Source of the DNA: Octopus sinensis
Taxonomy: Eukaryota
DNA: 64,000 nucleotides
Assembly: GCF_006345805.1 (NCBI RefSeq)
Contig: NC_042997.1
Span: 147,436,001-147,500,000 of the forward strand
Reading direction: 5' to 3'
Within the stretch, counting starts at the first letter, position 1. Every line of letters begins with the position of its first letter. The translations under genes were made by a program, and so were the position numbers. The notes beneath the pieces were generated by a model. That model was not told the DNA's origin, ran no database searches, and worked only from the letters and a program-made list of their open reading frames with translations. Positions 41,211 to 53,876 of the stretch are shown one piece after another.

Positions 41211-41877
41211 CATCGACAACAGATTGCATTCCCAGAATACAGAATTTAAAACAAGCCTTCTGTAGTTTTTTCACTTTTTACTATTTTCTATATATTCACC
41301 ACGTGCTTTCACAAACCAACTTTCTCATCTATATATATGCGTGTGTGTGTTTGTCCCCCTAGCATTGCTTGACAACCGATGGTGGTGTGTTTATGTCTCC
41401 GTTACTTAGCGGTTCGGCAAAAGAGACCGACAGAATAAGTACTGGGCTTACAAAAGAATAAGTCCCGAGGTCGAGTTGCTCGATTAAAGGCGGTGCTCCA
41501 GCATGGCCGTAGTCAAATGACTGAAACAAGTAAAAGAGTAAAAGAGTATATATATATATGGGTGATCAAATATTAGCACATCTCTTGTTTGAATACGTTG
41601 CTTGTTATAAGCATAAATTGAAGACAACCAATACAATTAAATGTGATAATGTAACACAGACCATAGGAAAGAATAGTTTCATACTTCGGCACAAGACCGG
41701 TAATTTTAGTGAGAGATTAAGTCGATTACATCGATCCCAGTGCTCTGACTATAACTTATTTTTAGAATACAGAAAGAATAAAAGATGAAGTGGACCTCGA
41801 CGAAACTCGAACTCAGAACATAAAGAAGTGGAAAAAACGCTAGTAAACATTATGTTCGGTGTCCAAAGATTCTTATA

Positions 41878-42254
41878 TCTTTATTGCCCACAAGGGGCTA
41901 AACATAGAGGGGAGGGAACAAACAAGAAGAGACAAAGGGATTAAGTCGATTACATCGACCCCAGTGCGTAACTGGTACTTAATTTATCGACCCCGAAAGG
42001 ATGAAAGGTAAAGTCGACCTCGGCGGAGTTTAAACTCAGAACGCAACGGCAGACGAAATACGTATTTCTTTACTACCAACAACGTAGCGGCAGACGAAAT
42101 ACGGCTACGCATTTCGCCCGGCGTGCTAACGGTTCTGTCAGCTCGCCGCCTTTTCTAAATGCTGCTAAGCATTTTGCCCGCGGTGCTAACGTTTATGCCA
42201 GCTCACCGCCTTCAAAATCATCGGTGCCCAATGATTCTGCCAGCTCACCACCTT
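41878..42254 (-). mobile_element. SINE (AAGGCGGCGAGC family) with two extra tandem head segments
   Basis: Full copy 41878-42152; CTAAC..TTCTGCCAGCTC.CC.CCTT-like heads repeated at ~42161-42212 and ~42225-42254. Confidence 0.85.
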
Positions 42255-43650
42255 ACTATAAGAAATAGTTCTTTCAACTATAGGTACAAGGCCTTAAAAG
42301 TTTGGTGAAGGACGCCAGTAGGATACATCAACGCCAGTACTCAACTGGTACTTATTTTACTGAGTTCGGAGAGTGGAAAGCAAAGCTGACCGGCGGAATT
42401 TGAGCTTAGAACATAAAGGGCCGGAAGAAACACAACAAATAATTCTGTCCGTCACACTAGCAATTCTCCGAGCCTACCGCCTAATTATAACATTAAAAAA
42501 AAGCAGCACCTCATGTGGTTCGGAATCTGGTAAATATTAACTTTATTTTAGTTCTTTTGTTTAAGTAATTATTTTGCTTGGATTCAGATGATACTTGATT
42601 CCAAAAGTTTCATTTTGTTCCAATAGAAAAAATTTCTGAATCAGTTACGTCTTACATTTTATTTCCTAAATCACAGATTTAAAGAAAATCAAAGTTTCAG
42701 CTATGTTTTGAAGCATAGTAAAAATGTAGGGTAAAAATAAACCAAATAATTTTGTGAATCGATTTCTTCAAATCTGGTTTTAAGTAGAAGCAAGAAACTT
42801 GGTGATAGGATTCAATAATTTGTTTTGATTAACAGCTTACAACTTTTGCCATTTATAATGGAAATTCATTCTTTGGATTGAAAATAAATTGAAATGATAT
42901 ATTTTTTTCTGCAATAGAATTCAATAGAGCAAGAAAAAATGCACAAAACTGCAAGCGGCATTCATGTGTAAATGCCAACTATAACATGAACTCTCTTGAG
43001 ATAATTGTTCAACATTTATCAAACATTATGTGACAAAGCTTCAATCCGCATAATTGACCGCTAATATACGACTATTGAAGATGGTGAACAATTTTTCAGT
43101 AAAATACAATATGGAATATTCTGTAGAATTATGTAAAATATTTTTTTCACTCGAATAATTCAGTATTTTTTGAAAATCCAATAATCAATAAACTGAAATA
43201 TGAATATTTTGAAATATTTTAGACAAGTCGCCGCAACTCCAAGCAGTGAAGATGTCAGTTTGGAGATTGCGATAGAGAAAATGAGTACTACCAGGTTCTA
43301 AAAAAAAATAATGATATAATGATGATAATAATAAAAAGCCAGGAACCAAGGCTAAAAAAGAAAGAAAAGAAACAAAAAAGGTACCATTAGTGCTGCTCCA
43401 TGGGTTGTATAGCAAGAGGTGTTGTTGATCTGTCAGAAGTAGTAAAAAAGGAAAATAATTCATAACTTCTTTTTTTCAAGAATTATTACGTATGAAATAA
43501 AACGTAGCATCATTTTTTTTCGAAATAACACAATAAATAATCTGGTAGATAAAAACATTTTCTTTCATATATATATATGCATATACTTTTTCACTATATA
43601 ATATAAATATATTGATAATAATAATAATAGTGATAAAATATTACACACAT

Positions 43651-43697
<47 letters not shown>

Positions 43698-43963
43698 TGC
43701 TTGTTTTTATGTGAAGTGATAAAAACATTTAGACATTAAACTGGAGGAAAACCAAGTACTTTTTAGCAGACTAGATATTTATTAATTTTTTACAAGAAAA
43801 ATGTTGTGTCTTTCAATGTTTTGGTTTGCGAACTGCCATGAATAAAATGTCATTTTATACCTTCAGATCCATATAGATCTTGGTAGGTGAAGGACATTGA
43901 AATGAAGATTACCTTTGGTACAGGTGGACAAAGTAACTGCTTGTAGAACAAACGGGCGGGAAT

Positions 43964-44190
43964 AAGGCGGCAAGCTGGTAGAATCGTTAGCACGCAGGGC
44001 GAAATGCGTAGCCGTATTTCGTCTGCCGTTACATTCTGATTTCAAATTCCGCCGAGGTCGACTTTAACTTTCATCCTTTCGGGGTCGATAAATTAAGTAC
44101 CAGTTACGCACTGGGTCGATGTAATCGACTTAATCCATTTGTCTGTCCTTGTTTGTCCTCTATGTTTAGCCCCTGTGGGCAATAAAAAAA
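43964..44190 (+). mobile_element. Near-complete SINE (AAGGCGGCGAGC family)
   Basis: AAGGCGGCAAGCTGG...GTCGACTTTAACTTTCATCCTTTCGGGGTCGATAAATTAAGTACCAG...GTGGGCAATAAA. Confidence 0.9.
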
Positions 44191-44971
44191 AGCAACGGGC
44201 GAGAATAGGAGAAAAGTATAGACTTTTAGGATATAGGTTGATACAATGTTAACGTAAAGAAAGCTGTATTGGATTTTATTGCTTATATGTCAGTCAGGTG
44301 TGGAAAGTAAATGAATAAACTGATGTGTCAATACAGATCACGATATTCTTTGTATATAAGGTTGGTTGTTTGTGATATTTCTGAATTTGTTACCAAGTAT
44401 TTTATATTGGGTGGGGAGATATGGAGACTGTTAACCTTATTGTGGTAGTGTTTCGGAAATAGTATTTGTGGAGCAGTTTGAGCATATATTCAGGTTTTCT
44501 GGATGTTGATTGTTAGACTGATGCAATCACAGGCATTTTTATAGTTTTGATTGATCCCTGCTGTCCTTTAGGTGAATGAGCTGACGAAACGTTGTCATCA
44601 CTTTACTGCAGGTCAGTGACAAGTGTGCATTTGGTCAGTCTCGAGGATAAAAAATTGGACATATCGAAGCGGTACTTGATATTTGTACCAGATTTCATAA
44701 ATAGAATTTCGTGGAACATGACTGCAAATCTACATGACAGCTCTGAATGTATTTTGCGAGTAACGAGATATTTAATAACTTAAATGAATAGTACGATGTT
44801 CCCTTGCGGGATGAAATTGGTACTTGTAATGAACTGAAGTTTCCAAAGGCCACAACGAAATGCTTAGTCTATAATTCCATTTATTGCGTTTCATCTTAGA
44901 TTTACTAGAGCTTAGTATAAGTTGTCTACTGTTACACACACAACGCGCTCACAAATATATATGCATATGTA

Positions 44972-45223
44972 CGAGGGGGTGCTGAAAGGTTCCTGGCTTT
45001 AAGTGTTTGGGTAAGAAACGGGTGAGAATGGGATACACTTAAGGGTATTGCGAAAGGCCTGGATGGAAGCCCAACCTTCCGAGATCTTTAACAGAGCTTA
45101 GCAAAACTGAAGGGGCGCTGCAATAAATGTGTGAATCTGAGAGGGAAATATGTTGAATAAAATCATTATTAACTTCTGTATTTTCTTTTACACAAAGCTC
45201 GGAACTTTTCAACAGACTATCGC
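44972..45223 (+). mobile_element. Mariner-derived MITE
   Basis: TA-CGAGGGGGTGCTGAAAGGTTCCTGGC left end, degraded right end GGAACTTTTCAAC, residual C-terminus KGRCNKCVNLRGKYVE*. Confidence 0.7.
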
Positions 45224-45359
45224 ACATATACAAACATTTATGTATGCATGCATACGTGTATGTATGTATGCATGCATACGTGTATGTATGTATGTATGTA
45301 TGTATGTATATGTATGTATGTATGTATGTATCTCTCTCTCACTATATATATATATATAC

Positions 45360-45402
<43 letters not shown>

Positions 45403-45778
45403 CTGTTCAAGTTTACTACAAGATTAACGGGTGTTTTATAAGAGCTCTTCATGATCAATGATATCCTTATTTAAGAACGAAAACGAGGTTATTACACTTC
45501 AGGAGATATAACGTTAATACAGATGGCGATTTGTTAGCTCTCTATTAACTGCCTTAAATACACTCATGTTCGAATATATTGCATGTGTTCAGCTGTAGCC
45601 TCGCGCATATAATAATGTGAAGTATTTTCTAGAATTCGTATAGATAAGGATGATTTTATGTAATTAAACCAGCATTCATGTGTAGATCGTGCATACAAAA
45701 GCATATATGTACCTATACGGACGGAATCTGTTAATAATTCCTTACACACACCCACACACACACATATATATGTAATAC

Positions 45779-45869
<91 letters not shown>

Positions 45870-45990
45870 AGAGATAATGGTGTCATTGAGACCCGAAGGT
45901 GTCAGGTAATGCTGAATAAATTCCAGATTCGGTAATATTGCGAATAAAGGGTTCAACATTGGTTCTATATCAGTGTGTGTATATATATCA

Positions 45991-46021
<31 letters not shown>

Positions 46022-46039
46022 TATATATATATATATATA

Positions 46040-46370
46040 GAGCAATGATTATAACGATATAGAACATGGACTCTGTTCTTCCCCTAAATTTATTTCCTCT
46101 TATCTTACAAATTATACAACATATTTTTCTACTCATTATAACCTACACGTGTTTCCTCTGCATAGATTGCGGGCATTTGCAGATGAGAGAGATGAGAAAG
46201 AGAATATATATATATATATCGAGTCAATGATTATAAGATATAGAACATGGACTCTTGTTCTTCCCCTAAATTTTATTTCCTCTTATCTTACAATTATAGA
46301 ACAAACATATTTTCTACTCATTATAACCTACACGTGTTTCCTCTGCATAGATTGCGGGCATTTGCAGATG
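46040..46370. repeat. ~180-bp tandem duplication
   Basis: CAATGATTATAA...GGGCATTTGCAGATG occurs twice (~46043-46185 and ~46225-46370); differences are mostly 1-2 nt indels. Confidence 0.9.
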
Positions 46371-46599
46371 CAAGGTGGCACGATTTTCGCTGCAGCTTCT
46401 TCAGGGCCACACACAGTTGAATGTTAAAGGATGGATAGAAGAATATATTCTAAAACTTTAAAAGATTTGTGGTCCTCCTTAACAAAGGTTAGCATATATT
46501 CTCTCCAATATATACCGCAAAACATAAACAACATAGCCAAGAAAATGAATATTTGAACAGCTAAAAACATTTGGCTACTACAATAAACAAGGTGCCATG

Positions 46600-47350
46600 C
46601 GAAAACACTAACATCAGCGTTGATCTAATTAGACGGAACCCCGACTTCGGACAACAACTGTTGTGAAGCTGACGTCAACCACGCAAGCCTACAAACAGGT
46701 CGGATTTCTGTTTCAATCCCCCGTCCCCTGAACCCTAACTAACAAATAACTAACTCCACTCAAAACTAACCGATTGGGAGGACTCTGAAATAGCTGCACT
46801 GAAAATTGTGCCAGCTTCCATCAGCAACTGCCCGTATTCTAACCATTGGTAGCCCGTGTAGGTCATAATGACCATACATATCTGCATAAGGAAAAACTAC
46901 GTGGAAAGTGACAAAAAAAGCTTATTCAATTACTTATACATGTAATACAGAATTTCCACAATATAGGGACAACATTGTCAATAAGATCAACATTAGTTCT
47001 ATGCGCCTCGTTTCAAATCGAGTTCCCTGAATAAAACCACTCCAATATTGGGGTCAATTTTTCTTGTCTGTCTCTCTCGTTATCTATTTTAGTCAGTGAT
47101 AAAACGGATGCGTTCATAACAGGACAGGGGTGGTCTCGGTTAAACTTAAAATACACAAGACATACAATTCCAACCACAGAGTGAAAGAGGAGACGAATGA
47201 CGGAAGTGTTGTAGTAGATTAATTACGTCATCCAGCCTAACACCTCCACCTGGACTCTAAGCACCTTTAGCGGTGTCTACAACGTTCTTAGTGTTCTGCT
47301 CGTGCAGCTCAACAGCCTGACTATAAAATTCACTTTTCTTCCCATCAGGT
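46600..47350 (+). promoter_or_regulatory. Promoter-like unique region
   Basis: TGACGTCA 46670-46677, ATTGG 46773-46777, CGGAAGTG 47201-47208, TTACGTCA 47223-47230, donor CAG|GTACGG at 47348/47349; repeat-free and appears CpG-retaining. Confidence 0.3.
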
Positions 47351-48861
47351 ACGGGGCGTACTTTTCCATCTAATCTATAAAAGAAATACGCAAGAGCGTA
47401 AGACAAGGAAACTGACTAAATAGATTATAACATTTGTTGCTTACTAGATTCTGAGGTTGTAGTTATTGATAATGTCACTGTTATTGTTCTTCGATTTCAT
47501 GTCCGTCTTGGATGAGCAGACTTATGATTCAAGACGTTATAGTCTTGATCATCCACGCTTTTTTAATATCTACAGCTACACTGATAAAGTCCTCCTTTTT
47601 ATTTTAAAGATTTTTGAGTGAGATTTGTAGGCGATTTGGTTTCTTTTTCTAGTTTGTTGAGTGAACACATAGAGAATTACTCATTGGTGTGGAGGTACAG
47701 GAATTTGTTAGCATTTCTAAACTGTGGATCCATATATTAGGGTAAGAATTAATAAATCATTGCTCTAAAAATATATGTATTTCTTATCTAGGCAATGATA
47801 GAACCTATACGTAATCGTTTGCCTGCTAATGACAGCAGCTAAACTTCCTCTACCGTCTTAGTTCATTAAATTCCTTGGTCCACCGGGCTCTACCAAATAT
47901 CTGATCTTAAATTACGTAAACTAGCGGGAATGGGGGAAAATTAAAATTTTGTAAATGTTTTTAGCTTTGTAGGGTTTCATTAATTTGATAATTTCCACGA
48001 AATAGTTTCGTTATGTGAAAGATTCCGAATACGTTTTCGATTTTGCTCTATAGTTAGAGTCGTTTGTAGCGCATCACTCGAATACATGTAATGACAAACC
48101 AAATGATATAACAGATCTTTATATTTGCAAAACAATATTTCCAGTATTTAGTTGATGTCTTTGATTTTAGTTCAATCTCACTGAGGTGAATTATGTCTTC
48201 TATTCTGGATGAAATACGTGCAAGTATGATACTGAGGTATATTCATCCGATTATATTCTAGACTTTAAGAAATCCTTATTATAACATACTTATTTCTGAA
48301 ATCCATTTTTCAAAAATATAATATAAATTATATCATATTTGTGAAAAGAGACGGTATTTTTTGGTTATTTCTTCGTTGGATAGGATATTGAATAAGATAA
48401 ATCTAAGATATATATAAACATAACATATTGCCTGTTGAAGTTTAAAGGCAAACTATTTTGAAATTATCAGTAAGATGTATTTGTCTACTTAACGTGGTAT
48501 TTCTATCTCAGAAGAACAGACTGATATGTTAGTTTGAAGTACAAAGTTCATGTTTTCTATACTTCTTTGTTGATAAGACTTGAAATAGTGTTCCATCACA
48601 ACGTTTCGGTCACTATAATCACTGTTTATGAGCGAAAGGTTGACATCATCATAAAAAAGAATTATCGAACACATTTATTGTGTAAACATTCCTGTAGTCG
48701 ATCGCAAACTTGGATGTCTGATCTGTACTAAAATAAATCTTCTGCTTTAGTCTTTCAGTGTTACGAAATAGAGATTTTGGGTCGAGTATAAAAATATGTT
48801 TTGTATGAAACTGATAGAGATTATGAAATAATACATCTATCATTAGAACTAATTTCTGTTA

Positions 48862-49024
48862 GGTCAGTTTTAATTTTCATCCTTGACTGATCTGAAGCAT
48901 CACAGCTTAAAGACTTTTATCAACACGTTTTCATATGATTTGGGTCAGTTTTTAATTTTCATCCTTGACTGATCTGAAGCATCACAGCTTAAAGACTTTT
49001 ATCAACACGTTTTCATATGATTTG
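48862..49024. repeat. 81/82-bp near-perfect tandem duplication
   Basis: GGTCAGTTTT...CATATGATTTG twice, differing by one T. Confidence 0.95.
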
Positions 49025-49744
49025 AAAAGGAAAAGGTTTTAGATAATTAATATTTTGTTGTAAATCAGTGAAGTAGCAGAATCAGTTGGACACGACATAA
49101 CTAACCGCTGAGTGTTCGTTTCTTGTCCCGGCTTAGGTACTGCGGTGTTGTGTTAGAGCCCAAGTCGTATATCTTCCGACAACTCGGTTCTCCTAAATGT
49201 GTTATTATCGACTGATTCAGTAGACTAACCGAAGAAATTCAGTCATAACGATCTAGTCTTTTTGTAACGACTACGTTAGCTGATGTGGTTTTCCTTTTTA
49301 GTGAGTTAAGATGTGATTTGAGTAATTTCTGATTACTTGAGGAGTTTGAGCAACCTCTGAAAGACCTCTTCGTAGGCTCCTTCCAATTATATATATCTGC
49401 GGTAAGTGCTATATATGTGTCACAATTGTATGCAACGTTAGGAGTGGAACATGTATCAATTATCATAATTTGATAGACATTTATCTTTCATCCATTTAAC
49501 GTTGAATAAAATGGAGATAAACAATGAGCCAAAAGAATTCTTGGGATGGATTAGAAAACAAATATTAGCTAAATTAGAATAGCATGTCATCACGAAAAAT
49601 GTTAATTTTAATAAACGTCATTTGCTTTCAATCGTAACTTTATTTTAGTTAAATGCAACATTATAGCTAGAAAATGTCAACATTTCTTGGCTTTAACTCT
49701 AGTTTCAAACTGGTTATACTCAATTTTCTTGTACATCAAGTCAC

Positions 49745-50165
49745 GCAGGCGTAGACTTGTAGGCAAGTGTGTGGTTGTGTGATAAGGAGTTTGGGGTTTG
49801 CTTCCCTATCACATGGCTACGGGCTCAGTCCCATTGTGTGTCACCTTGTGTCTTCTACTATTGCCCCAGGCCGACCAAAACCTTGTGAGTGGATTTGCTA
49901 GACGGAAACCAAAAGGTGCTCATCTCTCTCTCTCTGTCACACACACACACACATTCGTGTGTGTGTGTTTATACCCCACTATTGCTTGAGAACCAGTGTC
50001 AGTGTGTTTACCTCCCCGTCACTTAGCGGTTCGGTAAAATAGGTCGAGGAAATAAGTGCCAGGTTTAAAAATATGTACTTGAATCGATTCGTTCGACTAA
50101 AATTCTTCAAGATGGTGCCACAACATGGTCGCAACCTAATGACTGAAACTAGGAAAAGATAAAAA
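49745..50165 (+). mobile_element. Unsplit CORE-type SINE (head + short microsatellite linker + tail)
   Basis: Head ...GGCCGACCAAAACCTTGTGAGTGG, (CT)(CA)(GT) linker, tail CTTAGCGGTTCGG...ATGACTGAAACTAGG. Confidence 0.75.
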
Positions 50166-50529
50166 ATACAAGGTCAGGTTTCCACATCGTTGAAAAATAT
50201 ATAATATTTAAATTACTTTTCATTAAAGTTATTAAAATATTTAGTAAAATCAAGCTTCCATGGTATTTTGACTTAGGTCACATTGCCATTACCTGTGACA
50301 TTAACCCTCTCTTGTGCGGAGCGTTTATTCAGGAATAAATTAAAACCGAAAAAGACACTGGGTGGATTGTTATATGCAATAATGGAAATGAAAGAACTGT
50401 ATCAGAAATGCTAGAAAATTTTATTAGTTACTTAAACCATTCAATTTCTTCCGTAGACACTTAAGTTCAAACTCAACCTGAGTGGACGTTATTTTTCATT
50501 AAGCAAAGATCGATGGAAGGACAACTATT

Positions 50530-50655
50530 ATATTTATTTCTTTATTACCCACAGGTGGCTAAAAATACAGGGGACAAACAAGGACAAATAAAGAGATTAA
50601 GTCGATTACATCGACTCCAGTGAGTAACTGATACTTATTTAATCGACCCCGGAAG
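50530..50655 (-). mobile_element. SINE 3' half (AAGGCGGCGAGC family)
   Basis: TTTCTTTATTACCCACAGG...GATTAAGTCGATTACATCGAC...AATCGACCCCG. Confidence 0.8.
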
Positions 50656-50659
50656 TCCG

Positions 50660-52740
50660 TTCGGTCTCTCCCACTGTCCGGTCCGCCGCCCCATCCGAAA
50701 AGCTGGGCGAATTGCTCCTGAAAGACCTCACACACCTCCTCGGGCTCGTTTATCAACTTACCTCGTTAGTTTGTCAAAGATCGAATTGTGCCATCGTTGC
50801 CACGTTGGGCTTCCATCACTCGGGCAGATCCCGTGGTCTTGATTCCTTCACTACCCAATGCACGAATCCTAGCTCTGACAATGCAACCCATATGTTGGGC
50901 TTCGAGGAGCTGGTCTAACGCCAGTCTCTTGGCCGCCACCTAAGATGCAGAGCCAGATTCTATTTCTTCCTCTAAGTCCTTAGCTAATGCTAGTCTCTTC
51001 CTAGTTTCTCTAGGCACTAAACTTGTGCTATATCTAATAGACTAAAATTTAATGACTCGCTTTAGAGCATACCACCATTTGTTATTAATACCAGATCCGG
51101 TTAATGCCCTCTGAATCAATAACTTAATCCGGTCTCTGTACTCCTTAATCGCAAAAAGGGACGTATTAAGTTTCCAGTAGCCGGAGCCTCTGTTATATAA
51201 CTTATCTATGTCGAGCGTGCAAGTGAACATTTTATGACCATTACGGGAAAAACTGTGGACACCTAACAATATCCGTATCTCCTTTTCTAATCAAAACCCT
51301 TTCTAGATATGACCTGGAATATCCCTTGCTGTCCGACCATGGCCATAATGGAGCGTTCGGAAATTTCAGCCTATAAGGATTTGTTAGCTCAAAGCGGCTT
51401 AGTAGTTCCTGGAACAAGCATTACCTCTTCTTTCAGAACACGAGCCAACACAATCTACACGTGCATCACATATTTGTTATAGTCTCCTAGCACAACTAGA
51501 GAATGTGATGTACCGAGAAACTTCCCCAGGTTCTGAAAATACTCACTTTGCCCATTTTCAGTGGGTGCATAAATTGCAACCAGTCTAATTATCTTACCAC
51601 GACTGAGCGTCAAATCTATGACGACCAGCAAAACATACTCAGTACAAGCAAAAACATACTCAGTACAACCTTTGAGAATCACGGACATTGTGTTGCTGCC
51701 AATATACTTAGGCTGAAAACATTAACTTTTTTTCAGAAATGTTTTCAGTTGTTCGTTCGTGGCATTTACTGCTACTAATGGTAACTTGTTTTGCCATATT
51801 TTTCCGGGACTGGAGAGGAGGGATGATTTTCCTGGGCTGGAAGGAAGGGATATTGGGATTTTTCTTTTGGTGAATAGTGGTGTGTGTATGCTGAAGAAGC
51901 TTTTTTCTTGTCCGAGCTGGATGTTGAAGGGGTGGGATTCGGGTTCCTCCTATTGGTTATTTTTTCCTTTTTACGGTACACCATCCGTCTTCACTCCCAG
52001 CTGGTTGAAGTGATTTCATTGCTGGGAGCCTGCTGATCAGTGTTCTGTGTTTCTGCCGCTTCTGCATCCTTTTTTGGGGCCGTCTCCACCTTACGGGTAG
52101 GACAGCTTGCCTGAATGTGGCCTTTCTCTCCACATTCGAAGTACCGGGGTTTTCATCCCTCCACCATTACCTGGAAGGTGGTTTCTTCTCGGAGGTGTAT
52201 GTTCTCTACGATCTTTTCCAGAGTCTGTGGCGCCGCTTGGATAATGACCTCGAGGCCTTGCCGCTTCCAATTCTACTGGTGTATATTTGAAGCTTCTAAT
52301 ATCATTATTTCTTCTTCTATACCTGGGAGTTGCCATGATACGTTTATTTCTGGCGGGATCTCTTCTATCGTAATCTTTGATGTGCGCCTGCCTAAGAATT
52401 TTGGCAGCAACACAATGTCCGTGATTCTCAAAGGTTGTACTGAGTATGTTTTTGCTTTCTCTTCACTTTTGAAATAGACTACTACTGTGGCAAAGCGTTT
52501 GCCTCTGGTCAGGTATTTCTATGTCCTATCAGATCGGCTGTAGGCATTTTTCTATAGCTTTTTTTGGTGTTTTGTCAAGTTTCTTTTCCTTTACAACAAA
52601 TACGACTATTTTTTGCCGTTTCTTGTATGATTTCACTCAAGGGGCTGGCTTTTACGTCATATCCCTCCTGTGGAAACATGTTTTGTTGACACTTTGGTCA
52701 ACACATAGTTTTTCTGTTTTCCCTCCAGGCTGAAGCTGCA
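50660..52740 (-). mobile_element. Tx1/L1-clade LINE relic: ORF1 and ORF2 endonuclease, RT missing
   Basis: ORF1 ends ...YFECGEKGHIQASCP (decayed CX2CX4HX4C knuckle, ~52100-52150); ORF2 IRLVAIYAPT...LVVLGDYN and GSGYWKLNTSL; many stops. Confidence 0.88.
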
Positions 52741-53342
52741 AAATTAATCTTTTTGCCGGTTCTAGAAGTTTTTCTGCGGTCGGCATACTTAATATTTCAC
52801 AGTTTTTGTTCACATTGTTTCCTTTGCAGAGGAAGTATTAATTTTAAACAAAATAAATTTGTGGAAAAACGACACAAAATGGAAAATCCCCATTAGTAAT
52901 CTTTTTCCACATTCAAAGCATTGCGGTCGGCATCATACAATTTAGAAAAACCTAGCATCATCAAACTAAGTACAAACAGTTTGCAGAGCCCATTGTTCGT
53001 TAGACAAAACATGGCAGAATTTAGTGATATAACCTAACTTAATATTTTTAATCTTACATCTCTAAATGGTACCATATATAAGTCAGAAATAGACACTATG
53101 GCTAGTGTATTTAACCATACTAATTCATCTCAATACAGTAAGGTCATACATGCACAGTATATTGACTAGAAATATCTTCAATTAACTGAGGTTATCTATA
53201 CATTTTTATATTGGCCTTGCTACCTGGGAAGAGAAAAAGTATGAACCCATTTACGAATATATGAGTACATGTAACCAAACTTTTCAATGGCACATTTTAA
53301 TTCTCATCAAAGTAATTTATTGTACATAAACTATCCTTTTAC

Positions 53343-53442
<100 letters not shown>

Positions 53443-53492
53443 GTTCGACTGTGCAGATATATATCGATATAGCCTTTCCTTTTCTATTCTAA

Positions 53493-53876
53493 GCACAAGG
53501 CCCGAAATTTGGCGGGAGGGGGCCAGTTGATTCGATCGACCCCAATACTCAACTGTTACTTACTTTATCTAATCCGAAAGGATGAAAGGCAAAGTCAACC
53601 TCGACGTAATTTGAACTTAGAACGTAAAGGCAGACGAAATACCTATTTCTATACTACCCACAAGGGGCTAAACACAGATAGGACAAACAAGGACAGACAA
53701 ACGGATTAAGTCGATTATATCGACCCCAGTGCGTAACTGGTACTTATTTAATCGACCCTGAAAGGATGAAAGGCAAAGTCGAACTCAGCGGAATTTGAAC
53801 TCAGGACGTAACGGCAGACGAAATACTGTTAAGCATTTCTCCCTGCGTGCTAACGTTTCTGCCAGCTCACCGCCTT
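53493..53876 (-). mobile_element. Head-to-tail SINE dimer (AAGGCGGCGAGC family)
   Basis: Full copy 53643-53876 joined to a 5'-truncated copy at CAGACGAAATAC|CTATTTCTATACTACCCAC. Confidence 0.85.

Larger units (their letters stand above)
40565..41330 (-). mobile_element. 5'-truncated Penelope-like element with inverted cap
   Basis: GIY-YIG frame 40851-41210, hammerhead at 40681-40720, perfect 40-bp inverted repeat 40565-40604 / 41245-41284. Confidence 0.88.
40374..41547 (+). mobile_element. CORE-type SINE split at its linker (head 40374-40540, tail 41341-41547)
   Basis: Well-preserved head with GCACCTTGGGCAAGTG (MIR/CORE-like), tail ending CTGAAACAAGTAAAAGAG; unsplit homolog at 49745-50165. 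Confidence 0.85.

Noticed and set aside
46375-46410. Minus-strand CTGAAGA-A-GCTGCAGC-GAAA with GTGGC/GCCAC flanks
   Set aside because: Stem I register and the NUH triplet do not fit a hammerhead; no PLE context, may be chance.
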